Shown here: positions 1 to 11,250 of the stretch, one piece after another
Layout of the letters: every line of letters starts with the position of its first letter
Numbering within the stretch: the stretch's first letter is position 1
DNA from: Emiliania huxleyi CCMP1516
Taxonomy: Eukaryota
DNA length: 64,000 nucleotides
Direction: 5' to 3'
Assembly: GCF_000372725.1 (NCBI RefSeq)
Contig: NW_005202237.1
Coordinates: 372,001-436,000, forward strand
The notes under the pieces: generated by a model
The model's input: the letters and a program-made list of their open reading frames with translations, nothing else
Database searches by the model: none
What the model was told of the DNA's origin: nothing
Position numbers and translations under genes: made by a program

Positions 1-910
1 TCCCCGTGGCCGTGCGCCGTGTGGGACTGCAGACTCCGTGTCATCGTTGTCTTGGATGTGGCGCTGAACAAAACCTAAAAACCTGAAATACAATACCACA
101 CAAGAAGGCGGCTCGCAATAATTACTACTCTCTCTCTCCAACACGTTGATTGGAAAAGGCCCACACGCCAGTCGCCACAAGAGAGCACGGTGTGTGCACA
201 GAGTCTTGGCCTACATAAACAGGGAGAGACCACAGAGACGACTGACGAGAGCGACACCGTCACGGAGAGCGATGCGAAAGCTGCACACGCGCCAAGCAGC
301 CAGCACACTGCATTTGCAGTCGCCCCCAAACGTCGCCGGCGGCATTGGACGAGAGAGAGGGAGCAGGGAGAGAGCGAGAGAGACCGAGACGGAGAGAGCG
401 AGAGCGAGAGAAAGAGAGGAGAGGCGGTCGTGATGTGAGGTTGTAAGTCACCTCATCCTCACGCCTTCGTCTCTGCAGCGACTGGCATGCCATCACCGGC
501 GTTGCATCACCGGCACGCCAGTCGCATCACCGAAAGACGGCCTTGGAAACGGCGCCTGTCCTTCGCCGATGGAACTTTCGAGGATGGCTTTGGTATTCGA
601 GAAGCAGAGACGCCGGGCGGGACGATCTTGCTCGCTTCGAACTCCCACTCTTGCGACTCGGTGGGGACCCAAACCGAGCCAGTCTACTGCCAGCCGGAGA
701 ACATGAGGTGCTGATGTGCTTGCGCGCTTGTACGTACTTGTGGCGACTACTGTGATGCATGTTACGTGGCGAGGAGTCTCGCTCTTACACAACCTCGAGT
801 GCTGTCAAGATCAATCTCGGGGTTGGTGGTACGTGTGGCCTAAGACACAGTTACAGAGCCGTGGGGTGAGATCAGATGCATGCGAGAAGCTCAACATGTC
901 TGCATGTGTA

Positions 911-1260
911 GGTCGCAGGGTACCACCGCTCGCTGTCGCAGAAGATCTCGAGGCGCGATCCGGTGGACAGGACAGTGTGGCCGTCGAGCGCCGCCCTGGC
1001 ATCCTCGCGCTTTCGCTTCCGCCGCTTCGCCTTCGTCTCCTTGCTGCGCAGCAGAGTGTAGTTCGGGCCCACCTCCGCCACGCTGTCCAGCACGTGGACG
1101 GCGCTCGCCATCTCGACCGCGTCGTCCTCCGGCGGAAGCTCCGCGTCGCCCGCGGCGGCTTCCCGAGCGCGCTCGTCGCGCATCCGCTCGTGGTGGGCCT
1201 GCCGACGCGCCACGCCGTCGCCCGTGTGCCTCGCCGCCGCGTCCGGTGACGGCATCGATG
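911..1260 (-). pseudogene. Truncated copy of a repeated element ORF ending in a Tudor/Agenet-like segment
   Basis: The ORF 872..1363 ends ...GSRLEIFCDSERWYPAT and then breaks off. Nucleotides 911-955 are a near-identical reverse complement of 62242-62286, where the frame continues VTG..EDGDGRIVHEVEYDGY. Confidence 0.55.
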
Positions 1261-1796
1261 CTGTCCGCACGAGCGTGACTCGCCACTCAACGACCTCCAC
1301 GACCTCCACGACCGCCGAAAAGCACGACCGCCCCAATCTCGAACCCATCTCGAGTCCTCTCACTAGTTACATACATACTTTACCATCGCAAGCCGCCTGC
1401 TCCTTTTTACCCATCTCAAAGTGAAGTGTCCATTTTTGTTTATTTACCATCTGGATCTGCAAGACCATTATATTATATAAGAGCTCATCACACTGCGCTC
1501 TTGCAGTGAGATACCGGGGATACGTGATAGTGCGTCGTCGCCGAGGCCCCGAGCTCGCTCTGCGTGAGAGATGCACATGCATCTCATACTGACAGGCTAT
1601 GTGACCTATGTCTCTCGCTCGCGGACGGCGGGCGCGGGGCTCCGCCGCGGGGGCCACTTGCACTCGATAAATATCAACGACTACCCGCAGTGCTGCCCAC
1701 GGACTTTGATAGATATGAGAGACAACCCCGGGCTCGCAAGGGACCCTAGCTGCGTGCAATGTCAATATACCTCCCGACGGGGCGTGCATGCAGTCC

Positions 1797-3383
1797 TCAC
1801 GCGGCCGCGGCCGGCGCGCCGAGGAGGGATCGCAGCGAATGGCGGTAGCGCAGCGAAGCGAGGAGCGAGCCCTTGGGGAGGCGCGGTGACTCGCGCGCCT
1901 TGAATGTGAAGTAGAAGAGCACGCGCCGGCCCTGCGCGTTCTCTCCGCCGCCATGCAGCAGCCGCGAGTCGAAGAGGGTCGCTGCGCCGGCCGGGAGGGT
2001 GCCGATGCGGCGCGGGGAGGAGCGGAGCAGCTGCAGCTTCTCGCCGGGCTCGCCGTTGAACCGCTCGTGCGCGGCGCGCGTGTGTGTGCCCGCGAGGAAG
2101 AAGGTCGGGCCGAGGTCGGGCGTCACCTCTTGCAGCGCGACAAAGGCGGTCAGCAGCGCCGTCTGCGGCGTGAAGCCCGTGTCTGGGTGGACGGGCTGGC
2201 GCGGGGCGCCGCGGTCGGAGATGAGGGCAGAGAGCTCGAACAGCTCCGGATCCTCGCCGAGCACCTGCGGTCCGTCGGTGAGCTTCAAGTCACCAGCAAG
2301 TCACCAGCAAGTCTCCACGCCTCCAGTCACCAGGGCCGCACACTGATCAACGACGCGCCCTACACTCCTCTTGCCGAGCGCCTCCTCGAGCGGCGGCGAG
2401 AGGAGGGGGGGGGATAATCTCGGCTAGTCTCTCGGCCAAGCTCGGCTAAGCGCGGCCAATCTTCACCTCCTCGAGCAGCGGCGCGAGCTGGGCAGCGCAA
2501 GCCTCGAGAGCGGAGGCGACGGGCGGGTCGAGCGGGAGGTAGAGGTCATACCTGCGAGTGGTCCATCGCACGTCCCTCACGCACTGACGCGTCCCTGACA
2601 CGTCCCTGACGCGTACCCGCGGACAGTGGGGAGCGGGGATGGGGCGGGGATGGGGCGAGGCGCGGCAGAGTGCTCTGCGGCGGCGGCAGGCTCGTCTGCT
2701 AGGCTCGTCTGCTAGGCTCGTCTGCTGCGGCGCCTGCTCGCGCGGGAGAGGACGCCTCCAAAGCGCTGCTCCGGAGCGGTGTCGTCGGCCGCCTCTGTCT
2801 TCGCCGTCTCCAGCCACTCCTCGACGTGGCTGCGGAGCCGCGCAGCCTCCGACGCCTCGAGCAGTCCGTCGACGAAGAGCACACCCTCCGACTCGAGCGA
2901 GGCTGCCGCCGCCGCTGTGGAAGTGGCGACCGCCGCCGCGGGCAAGCTCGCGGGCGGAAGCAGCGGCGCCTGCTCCATGAGATCGCCCTCCTCGTTTGCA
3001 ACCTGCTGCACCGCGCTCGCCTCGAGGGCGGCCTGCGTCGCGCCGCCGTCGAAGAAGAAGAGGCCGGCGCCCGCAGCGGCAAGCGCAACGAGCAAGAGGT
3101 TGCCGGCGACCACATCGTCGACGCCGGCGCTCGTCAGCGCGTAGAAGAAGGCAAAGCAGAAGGCCGTCAGGCCGCCGGCCACGCCGAGCGCCTGTAGCGT
3201 CTCGCTTGGCCCCTCCGTCTCCTCCATCCGCACCACACCACCGCCGCGGCGAGCCGCCTCTGCAACGACAGCGGGCGGCGCGGGCGACAGGCCGGCGGAC
3301 TGCGCTGGAAGCGAGGAGAGCGGCGGGCTGGCGCGCAGCGCGGGGACTAGGAAAGAGGTAGAGAGGGCTGAGAGAGCGAGCAT
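1797..3383 (-). CDS. Phytanoyl-CoA dioxygenase (PhyH)-like Fe(II)/2OG oxygenase, multi-exon, probable plastid-targeting N-terminus
   Basis: The last exon has QPVHPD (HxD), FVALQEVTPDLGPT, GTH, FDSRLLHGGGEN and RRVLFYFTF. Exon 1 begins MLALSALSTSFLVPALRASPP and has two hydrophobic helices. An internal exon reads RYDLYLPLDPPV. Confidence 0.8.
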
Positions 3384-3864
3384 AGCAGGCGAGCCCCAGC
3401 CGGGCTTCGCCACCCAGGTGCGAAATGCTGGTGGGCTTCCCAGATAAAGAATTTGAAAATAAAGCACCTCGCACACGCACGATTCACACGACAGACAAGG
3501 CGCAGACGACGGCCTCCTTAGAAGCCATCGTCCTCGCCACAAGAGCCGGCGTCCAGATAAAGAACTCTCTCTCACAGCAGATAAAGAACCAGGAAAATTC
3601 CAGACGGAGCGAACCTGGCTGACGGCGAAATGTCCTGCAAAGGTGGGGACGTGTCTGTCCTCGACCCAGCCCTAGCTTGGGATGTCCGTTGTATTTATTT
3701 ATGACGGCGAAATGTCAGCAAAAACAGGGAAAAGAATTCGATGCGGGCTTGGTTTTTCTTGAGGCGGCGAAGTTTGACGCGACACAAGAGCAATCCGGCA
3801 GGAATCTGTTTTGTGACGATCAAACTCGGCGGGGTGCGGCGGGCTGTGTTCGGGTCGCTCCTGA

Positions 3865-4072
3865 GGTGAGCGCCTCGCGAAAGACCACGTTGCATGTGCG
3901 GAAGGTGTCGGTATCTTTGTCGATCGGGACGGCGAACCGGTGGTCGGGTAGGCCCACTCGCGACGCGGCCACGTAAGAGCTGCCCGTGCGTGAAGCAAGG
4001 CTCCGGAAGGTAAATGCCCACGCGCTCGAGCGTCTGGCCCTGCGCCTTGTTGATGGTCATAGCAAAGGCGAT
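3865..4072 (-). mobile_element. Helitron Rep/Hel (Pif1-type helicase) C-terminal remnant, frameshifted
   Basis: It translates as IAFAMTINKAQGQTLERVGIYLPEPCFTHGQL, then a 1-bp insertion near 3975, then YVAASRVG...TCNVVFREAL. This is the canonical C-terminus of Helitron helicases. Confidence 0.85.
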
Positions 4073-4227
4073 GTGTGCACTCCGTAATCTTTTTTTACCG
4101 TGCCAATTCTGTCAACCTTTGTCTGAACATGTGAATCTGTGTCTGAACTCTGTGAGGTGTGAGTGAGAGGGTTTGTGTGTTAGAGTCAATCCGTGGAGAC
4201 CGTGCCCACATTTTGTTTTCAAACTCT

Positions 4228-5364
4228 TTACCACTTCGTCACCCGCACCTCGAACGCCTCCACCACCGAATCAGAGGCGCACGCCCAAGCCAAAAACACA
4301 TCACCACCTAATGGCATGAGCCCGTTGGTCGCGCCAATCATCGGCACCCCGCCCTCCTGGACCGCCTGCGTCCAATTCCACTGCGGCGGCGTCTGCAGCT
4401 CCCACGGGCGAGTCGGCTCGACGAGCGGCTCGCCACCCCGCTGGAGCACCTCGCGCGGGTTGCTGCCGTTCAGCACTACCCAACCGGCAGCCCAGCCATG
4501 CCGTTGACTGCCAATGATAGTGTCGTAGGTCGTGAAGTAGTTGCCGTCGGCGAGGCGCACCGGTGGAGCGCCCGCCTCGCAGTAGCCTGGGTCGAAGCTG
4601 CCGGGCCGGCCCACGATTGCGTCCTCCGCCGCGGTCCAGTGGAGCAAGTCGTTCGACTGCCACGAGCGCACCGAGCCGGTGCCGGTCCACTGGAAGTGAG
4701 GCGGTGTATCGCGCACCAGCGTAGCGGTCGATTTGGCGTCGAAGCCTACGTCTCCGGTGCGGTTGACGCGGACCCAGGACGACGCCACTTCCGGGGTCTT
4801 TGACATGACCACCTTCGTCTTCGTCGATTTGCAGCAGCGCGAGCAGTGCGGCCAGGTCGGGCCACAGGCCGTGGCATTGCTGCAGGCGGTCGGGTTAGCA
4901 GTTCCGTCACCGTACGCTGTGTAGGCCATGAGGTACGTTCCTGTGCGACGGTCCACTGTGATCCGAGGATCCTGAACGCCGCACTGCTCGTCCGCGCCCT
5001 GTGGCCGCAAAATCACCTTGTCTAGCGAATTCTTTTCGAACTCGCTCTGCAGGTTGCTCAGGTCCACCGGCCCCGTGACCGTGCGCTTGACCAGCGTGAC
5101 GACGTCGGGATTCCCCGGTGTCGAGCAGCCGGGACGGTGGACGCAGCTCCGGATCACTAGCGCGTCTACGCCGTCCAGCAGCCGCACGTGCGACGGCCCA
5201 AAGTTGTGCGCAAAGTCCGTCGTCTCTGGGTGGTGGACCGAGTCGAAGAGCACGTTCATCCCTCCAGGGCCGGTGCGACTGACCTCAACGGCGTAGCGCG
5301 GCGGCGGCGCTGCCGCTGTCGCCGCCAAGACGAGGCAGACCAGCGTTGTCAGCAGCGCGGCCAT
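4228..5364 (-). CDS. Secreted GH130-like (five-bladed beta-propeller) glycosidase/mannoside phosphorylase-family protein, intronless, about 378 aa
   Basis: Signal peptide MAALLTTLVCLVLAATAAA. Motifs ILRPQGADEQCGVQDPRI, TYLMAYTAYG, SNDLLHW, RPGSFD..CEAGAPP and NPREVLQRGGEPLVEPTRPWE are typical of GH130. Confidence 0.75.
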   Translation of the reverse strand: MAALLTTLVCLVLAATAAAPPPRYAVEVSRTGPGGMNVLFDSVHHPETTDFAHNFGPSHVRLLDGVDALVIRSCVHRPGCSTPGNPDVVTLVKRTVTGPVDLSNLQSEFEKNSLDKVILRPQGADEQCGVQDPRITVDRRTGTYLMAYTAYGDGTANPTACSNATACGPTWPHCSRCCKSTKTKVVMSKTPEVASSWVRVNRTGDVGFDAKSTATLVRDTPPHFQWTGTGSVRSWQSNDLLHWTAAEDAIVGRPGSFDPGYCEAGAPPVRLADGNYFTTYDTIIGSQRHGWAAGWVVLNGSNPREVLQRGGEPLVEPTRPWELQTPPQWNWTQAVQEGGVPMIGATNGLMPLGGDVFLAWACASDSVVEAFEVRVTKW

Positions 5365-5523
5365 TGAAGGACGCGCTGCAGCAATCGTTGCGAGGCCTTG
5401 GGGCGGGGGGCGGGCTGTGCGGCGGATACTCTGACTGGGACGCGTACGGTAGCCAGTCGTGTGCGCGCGCCGTACGAGACTTACCACGCCTCCCGGTCCC
5501 CGGCCACACAGGGTGCTAGAGCC

Positions 5524-7341
5524 ATGCCCAAGAGACGCAGCAACGTGCTGCGCGGCGCGGACAGCGACGAGGACGAATCGGCGCAGCAGCCGGCGGCAAC
5601 CGGGCGCGCCGGGCTCGGAGGCCTGAGGCTCGCAAAGGCTCTGCTCGGGGAGAAGGACCTCGCCGAGCTGCGAGCTGCGTTGACTGTGCAGCAGAGTGCG
5701 CGCAACCCGCGATGGGGCGCGCCGCCGCCCTTTGCCGTGTTTCGCGAGACGGAGCACCTGATCTCTGTGCCGCGCCACTTTCCGCTCAAGCCCGCGCTGC
5801 GCGAGGCGGCCAGGCCAGCCCTGTGCGCGGGCGAGGCGGCGACGCTGATCTTCCGGGGCTCGCTCACGCCGCTGCAGGAGCAGGCGGTGCGAGCCATGCG
5901 CGAGGCGTACGATCGCGAGGGCGGCGGCATCCTCAGCCTCTACTGCGGCGGCGGCAAGACGGTGTGCGCGCTGCGGCTCGTCGCCGACGTCGGGCAGAGG
6001 ACGCTCGTCGTCGTGCACAAGGAGTTCCTGGTGGAGCAGTGGATCGAGCGGATCCGCCACTTTCTGCCGGAGGCGCGCATCGGGCGGATCAAGCAGAACG
6101 TCGCCGAGGTGCACGGCACGGACGTGGTGGGGATGCTGCAGTCCCTCACGCGCCGAGGTGACGAGTACTCGCTCGGCGGGTTTGGTCACGTGGTGGTGGA
6201 CGAGTGCCACCACATCTGCGCGCGCTCCTTCTCTTCGCTCCTCTTCGGCGTCGGCGGCGTCGGCTGCCGCTTGCTCGGGCTCTCCGCCACCGCCACGCGC
6301 TCCGACGGCCTGACCCAGGTTCTGCACTGGTTCATGGGCGCCACCGCATTCAGCGCCACGCGTGGTGCAGCCGCCGCAAGGAGGGTGCGTGTGCGGCGGC
6401 TGCGTGGCAGCGGCGGCGACGCTGTTGGCGGCGGCAGCGGCGTCGAGATCGTCTCGGCCCTTGCGGAGGACGAGCGGCGCTCGCGCCGCGTCGCTGCGCT
6501 GGTCGCGGCGCTCGCGGCGTCTGGCAGGAAGGTGCTCGTGCTGAGCGACCGGAGGGCCCACCTACTCTCGCTGCAGCCGCTCGTGCTCGAAGCGGCCGCG
6601 GCGGCCTCGCCGGCGGCGGCCTCGCGGCTGCCGGCGGCGGACTCGCAGCCGGCGGCGGACACGCAGCCGGCGGCGGACTCGCAGCCGGCGGCGGACTCGC
6701 AGCCGGCGGCGGGCGCGGCGGCCGTCGGCGCGGTCAGCGTCGACTTTTACTTGGGCGGCATGCGGGCGAGCCAGCTGCGGGATGCGGCGGAGAAGAGCGT
6801 GCTGCTGGGAACCTATGGGATGTCAAGCGAGGGCCTCGACATCGCCGCGCTCGACACGCTCGTGCTCGCGACGCCCCGGGCGAACGTGGAGCAGAGCGTG
6901 GGCCGCATCATGCGCGGCGGCGCGGCCAATGAGCCGCTTGTTGTCGACGTGGTCGACGGCGGTGCGTACTGCGCCCGCCTCGCATCGAAGCGGCTCTCCC
7001 TGTATCGCTCCGCTGGGTACCAGCTCGACGACGTCGGCGTCGGCGGCGACGGCAGCGACGGCGGCGACGTCGACGGCGACGCTGCTTCGGACGCGGACGA
7101 GGATGCCGTTGCCGACACCGGTGCAGGCGCGGCGGACGACGGCGAGGCCGCCGAGGGCGCGGGCCAGGGCAGCGCAGGGGCTGTAGTGGGCGCTGCCGGC
7201 GCTCGAGGAGGCTCGGGAGATGTGAGGGTTCTGATCGACGGGTTCCGGTTCCGGCCGCAAGTACACGCGCAAGGGGCCTGCGCGGCCGGCAGTACACACT
7301 CTGCTGGGGGGCTGGTCAGGTCGAAGTACTTTGCTTGTTGA
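5524..7341 (+). CDS. Superfamily II (DExH) helicase, NCLDV A18-like / ResIII-type, intronless
   Basis: Motifs are LTPLQEQA (Q), GGILSLYCGGGKT (I), TLVVVHKEFLVEQWIERIRHFLP (Ia), VVDECHH (II), LGLSAT..RSDGL (III), SEGLDIAALDTLVLATP (V) and EQSVGRIMR (VI). Confidence 0.85.
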   Translation: MPKRRSNVLRGADSDEDESAQQPAATGRAGLGGLRLAKALLGEKDLAELRAALTVQQSARNPRWGAPPPFAVFRETEHLISVPRHFPLKPALREAARPALCAGEAATLIFRGSLTPLQEQAVRAMREAYDREGGGILSLYCGGGKTVCALRLVADVGQRTLVVVHKEFLVEQWIERIRHFLPEARIGRIKQNVAEVHGTDVVGMLQSLTRRGDEYSLGGFGHVVVDECHHICARSFSSLLFGVGGVGCRLLGLSATATRSDGLTQVLHWFMGATAFSATRGAAAARRVRVRRLRGSGGDAVGGGSGVEIVSALAEDERRSRRVAALVAALAASGRKVLVLSDRRAHLLSLQPLVLEAAAAASPAAASRLPAADSQPAADTQPAADSQPAADSQPAAGAAAVGAVSVDFYLGGMRASQLRDAAEKSVLLGTYGMSSEGLDIAALDTLVLATPRANVEQSVGRIMRGGAANEPLVVDVVDGGAYCARLASKRLSLYRSAGYQLDDVGVGGDGSDGGDVDGDAASDADEDAVADTGAGAADDGEAAEGAGQGSAGAVVGAAGARGGSGDVRVLIDGFRFRPQVHAQGACAAGSTHSAGGLVRSKYFAC

Positions 7342-7383
7342 GCATAACGATTAACGTGTTTAGTGAGCTACGAAATTCCAGTC

Positions 7384-8608
7384 CTGAGCCCTGGTGTCGA
7401 GGTGTCGAGGCCCGGTGTCGAGGGTGTCGAGCTGCTGTCGAGGGATAGAGGTGTCGAGGCCTGTCGAGGCCTGTCGAGGCCTGTCGAGGCCTGTCGAGGC
7501 CTGTCGAGGCTGAAACCATGCTTGTCCGTGTCGAGGAGTGTCGAGGGGTGTCGAGGGGTGTCGAGGGTGTCGAGGGTGTCGAGGGTGTCGAGCGGGTGTC
7601 GAGCGGGTGTCGAGCGGGTGTCGAGTGTTGTCAAGAGGCGTCTGAGGCATCGAGGTGTCCAAGGTGGCAGGTGGATGCAGTTGCAGCCCATCAACATACA
7701 ACAAAAGTTGGGCAGCAGTTGCAAAGCTGTTTCATCCCTTAGTTGCAGCCTCAGTTGCACCCTGTTGATGTAGCACAACCTGAGCACAACCAGTATACTC
7801 TCTGTGGACATTTGAGGACATCAAGTGCCGGGAGTCATTGCCACTGTGCACCAAGGTGCTGTGCAGGCGCAGCACCGCAGCAGCGTCGCTGCTGCAGCAG
7901 CGTCGCTGCTGCAGCGTCACCGGCGCACAAAGCGCAACTGACCACAGCGCTCATGGCACAAGGCTGGTGCCATGAGTCAGTGGACATTGCCACTGCACAA
8001 GGTGCTGTCCAGCAGCTAAGGGCTACAGTACCCCATCGCAGCAGCGTCGCCGCCGCTGCAGCGTCGCCGTTGCAGCGTCGCCAGTGCACAAAGCGCAATG
8101 GACCACAGGTCTGCACTCATGGCACAAGCTCACTGGTGTGAGGATTCATTGCCACTGTACAAGGTGCTGTGCAGCACCTAAGGGCTACCTGAGTACTGCC
8201 ATGTTTGCTGCATCAACAGGGGTGCAACTGAGCTGCAACTTGAGCTAGAACTTGAGAGGCTGCAACTCAGGGATGAAAGTACTGCCAGCCAAGTTTGATT
8301 GCTGCTGCAACCCTGATTTCTAACTCTGTGACTCCAATGGGTCTACGTCTCTGCTGTGTTAGGATCATCAGAGGTGTCGAGGGGTGTCGAGCGGTGTCGA
8401 GCGGTGTCGAGCGGTGTCGAGGGGTGTCGAGGGGTGTCGAGGGGTGTCGAGGTGTCGAGTTTGGCACCTTGACACGGACGAGCATGGTTTCAGCCTAGAT
8501 GGTGTCGAGGGGTGTCGAGGGGTGTCGAGTTTGTCGAGTTGGCATGGGTTGTCGAGGTGTCGAGTCGGTGTCGAGGTTTGGTGTCGAGGTGTCGAGGCCA
8601 GGGCTCAG
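7384..8608. mobile_element. Non-autonomous TIR/foldback DNA transposon (hAT-like, 8-bp TSD)
   Basis: TIRs are CTGAGCCCTGG (7384-7394) and CCAGGGCTCAG (8598-8608). A perfect TSD TTCCAGTC lies at 7376-7383 and 8609-8616. There are subterminal TGTCGAG arrays at both ends and internal inverted repeats. Confidence 0.85.
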
Positions 8609-8635
8609 TTCCAGTCTCACCGCCTCGGTTTAACC

Positions 8636-8875
8636 GCCGGTGCACTTGGAGCACTTGGAGTGCAGTCGCCAGCCTCACCCCCAGCGCCCAGGGCCGGGGA
8701 GCTAAGAAGCGCACCCAGCGCGCAGCGGAGCACTTGGAGCACTGGACTTGGGAGCACCTGGAGCACTTGGAGCACTTGGAGTGCAGTCATCAACCTCACA
8801 TCCAGGGCCAGGGAGCTAAGAAGCGCACCCAGCGAGCCGGATGATCGGCATCGGGCTACGGGCTAGAGAGCCCTG
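8636..8875 (+). repeat. Dispersed repeat family with CACTTGGAG units, internally duplicated
   Basis: GCACTTGGAGCACTTGGAGTGCAGTC...GGAGCTAAGAAGCGCACCCAGCG occurs twice here. An inverted copy lies at about 55673-55790 and a partial copy at about 49348-49440. Confidence 0.75.
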
Positions 8876-8974
8876 TTCGGCGTTTTTCTTATTCTTTGCG
8901 GAGCCCGAGAACCGAGTGCTATCCGATACGAGCGTCCTCACGTTTGATGCACTGGCAGACGATCTCTGCTCGCC

Positions 8975-9709
8975 ATGCCAAGCACGTGTGCTGCAGGCGA
9001 CGACCCGTCCGAGGGCGCTGCCGAGGCAGACCCGCCCTTCCCTTGGCGCGCCGTCCTCATCCTTCTCCTGGTGCGGCTCGGCGACGGCCTCGTCTCCGTG
9101 ATGCTTTATCCGATGCTGCCATTCATGGTGGCCGGCTTCGGCGTGCCGCCGAGCAGCGTCGGCATGTGGGTCGGCGTGCTGGGCACCTCGTACAACCTGC
9201 TGCAGATCCCGGCCAACGTGGCCTGGGGCCACGCCTCTGACCGCTTCGGCCGGCGGCCCGTCATGCTGCTCGGCCAGCTGTCCCTCGCCGCGGCCACACT
9301 CGCTCTGGGCGTCTCGCGCTCGCTCCCCTTCGCCATCGGCGCCCGCTGCCTCTCCGGAGCGCTCCACGGCAACCTCAGCGTCGCCGCCGCCGCCGCCTGC
9401 GACGTGACTCGGCCGGCGGAGCGTGCGCGCGCCTTCTCACTGCTCGGCCTGGTCTTCTCGCTCGCCTTCGGCCTCGGGCCGCTTCTCGGCGCCCTCCTCT
9501 CCCGCCCTGCCGCCTGGGACCCCGCCGTCCGCAAGTCGCCGCTCGACACGTACCCGTACCTCCTTCCGTGCGCCGCCGCGTCGGCCGTCTGCATGTGCGG
9601 CGCCGTCTCTCTCGCCTGGCTCGAGCTGCCCCCGCGAGCCACATGCTCCTCCTCCCCGAGCGCCCAGCCGCCTAGCCCGGCCCCTCTCACGCCGGCAGAG
9701 GGCGGCGGC

Positions 9710-9741
<32 letters not shown>

Positions 9742-10961
9742 GGCGGCGGCAGGCGGCGGTGGAGGGGCGGCGGAGGGCTGCGATGCCTCGCCGCCGCCGC
9801 CACGGCACACCTCCGCCCCGTCCGCGGAGGCGGCAGGGCTGGGCGCGCCACTCCTCCTCGGCGCCTCCGCCGCGCCGGCCGCGCCTCCTCCGCCCTCTCC
9901 TGGCAGCGGGAGGGGCTCCGCCCCAGGCCTGCGGTGCAGTGCGGGCATGGGCGCGCTGTGCGCCGCCCACTGCGGCTACGGCTTCCTCGTCGCGGGAGGC
10001 GCCTCCCCTGCGCCCTCTCCCCTCCCGCTCCCCTCTCCCGCCGCCGAGGCAACCGCGGCCTGACTGCCACAACTCGGCTGCCCAGGCGCCGAGCTCTTTC
10101 CGCTCTTCGCGTCGGCGCCGCGGCCAGAGGGGCTCGGCCTCACCACCGACCAGACGGGCTTCGCCCTGTCGCCGCTCTCGCTAGGCGCCTCGCCGTCCCC
10201 GTGCCCCGACCCCTCCCCCGTCGCCTTGACACGGCTGCCCCTCTGAGAGAGGCTGTGAGAGAGAGGCTGTGAGAGAGAGGCTGTGAGAGAGAGGCTCTGA
10301 GAGAGAGGCTGTGAGAGAGAGGCTGTGAGAGAGGCTCTGAGAGAGAGGCGGCAGCGGCAGGCTGCGCCCTCTTGTGCGCCTAGGCCTCATCGCCGGCTCG
10401 CTCTCCTTCCCCTTCCTCGCCGCGCGCCACGGGCCCGCTGCCGTCTACCGCGCCGCCGCGGGCCTCTACTTCTTCTCAAACTCGCTGATGCCCCAGCTCA
10501 CCTCCGCCCAGCGGCTCGGCGCCCTCCCCCTGTGGGCCTCTGTCGTCGCCATCTCCCTCGTCCGATCCCTCGGAGGCCCGCTCGGCTTCCCCGCGCTGGC
10601 CGTGCTCCTCAACGCCGCCCTCGCCGTGGGCGAGAGGCCGCGGGCGAGACGACCACCGCTGGCCCGCTTCCCCAATCTCCGCGTCGTCACTCTCCGCGGC
10701 GGCGAATGACCGTAGGGCCTGTGGAATGGCATCGCCTCTTCGTGTCTCGCCGCCGGCCGCGCCGCCGCGCCCATCGCTGTCGGCTCCGTGTGGTCGCTCG
10801 CCCTCCGCCACTCTGGCGAGCCCTTGGAGAGCGGCGGCGCGAGGGCGTGGCCGTGGCCGGTGGACTACCACCTGCCCTTTTACCTATTATGCGTGGTGTC
10901 GGTGCTGTGCGGGTTGCTCTCCCTCCGCTTCCCGAGAGCCGCGTCCGGAGCTGTCTTGTGA
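8975..10961 (+). CDS. Major facilitator superfamily transporter (ZIFL/TCR-like), multi-exon
   Basis: MFS motif A WGHASDRFGRRPVMLLG, plus ARCLSG and GLGPLLGALL and many TM helices. Downstream exons end ...VDYHLPFYLLCVVSVLCGLLSLRFPRAASGAVL*. Confidence 0.85.
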
Positions 10962-11250
10962 TCTCTGCTTCCTCTTGTTTTTGTCGAACTTGTGTCACAC
11001 GTTTTTAGAAAACCAACTTTTAGCAAGGCCTACATGTATTCTGTGTGCGGTCGCCTCGCTTCAACCTTCGTGCCACCTCGCGGTCGCCCCCTTCTCGTCG
11101 TGCTCTCCCTTGTCGCTAAGTCGTAAAATTCTTTTCTTGAACTGCGAAAATTCTGGTTAGCTGGGGAACAAGCGGCCGACCCCCCCCCCAGGCGCAATAA
11201 CGCCTGTTCACCTACAGTGCCAAGCGCAGGCCCCGCACGCGGCCCTTCTG

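Noticed and set aside
75..800. Short ORFs and a (GA)n tract at the window start
   Set aside because: No recognisable motifs, and the sequence is low complexity.
5365..6561. 777-aa ORF as an extended GH130-like protein
   Set aside because: The N-terminal 400 aa are the antisense shadow of the helicase. The real start is the signal peptide at 5364.
7395..7660. TGTCGAG arrays as a CRISPR-like array or as coding sequence (LDTPR repeats)
   Set aside because: The units are 7-10 bp with no unique spacers. They are subterminal repeats of the TIR element, and the genome is eukaryotic.
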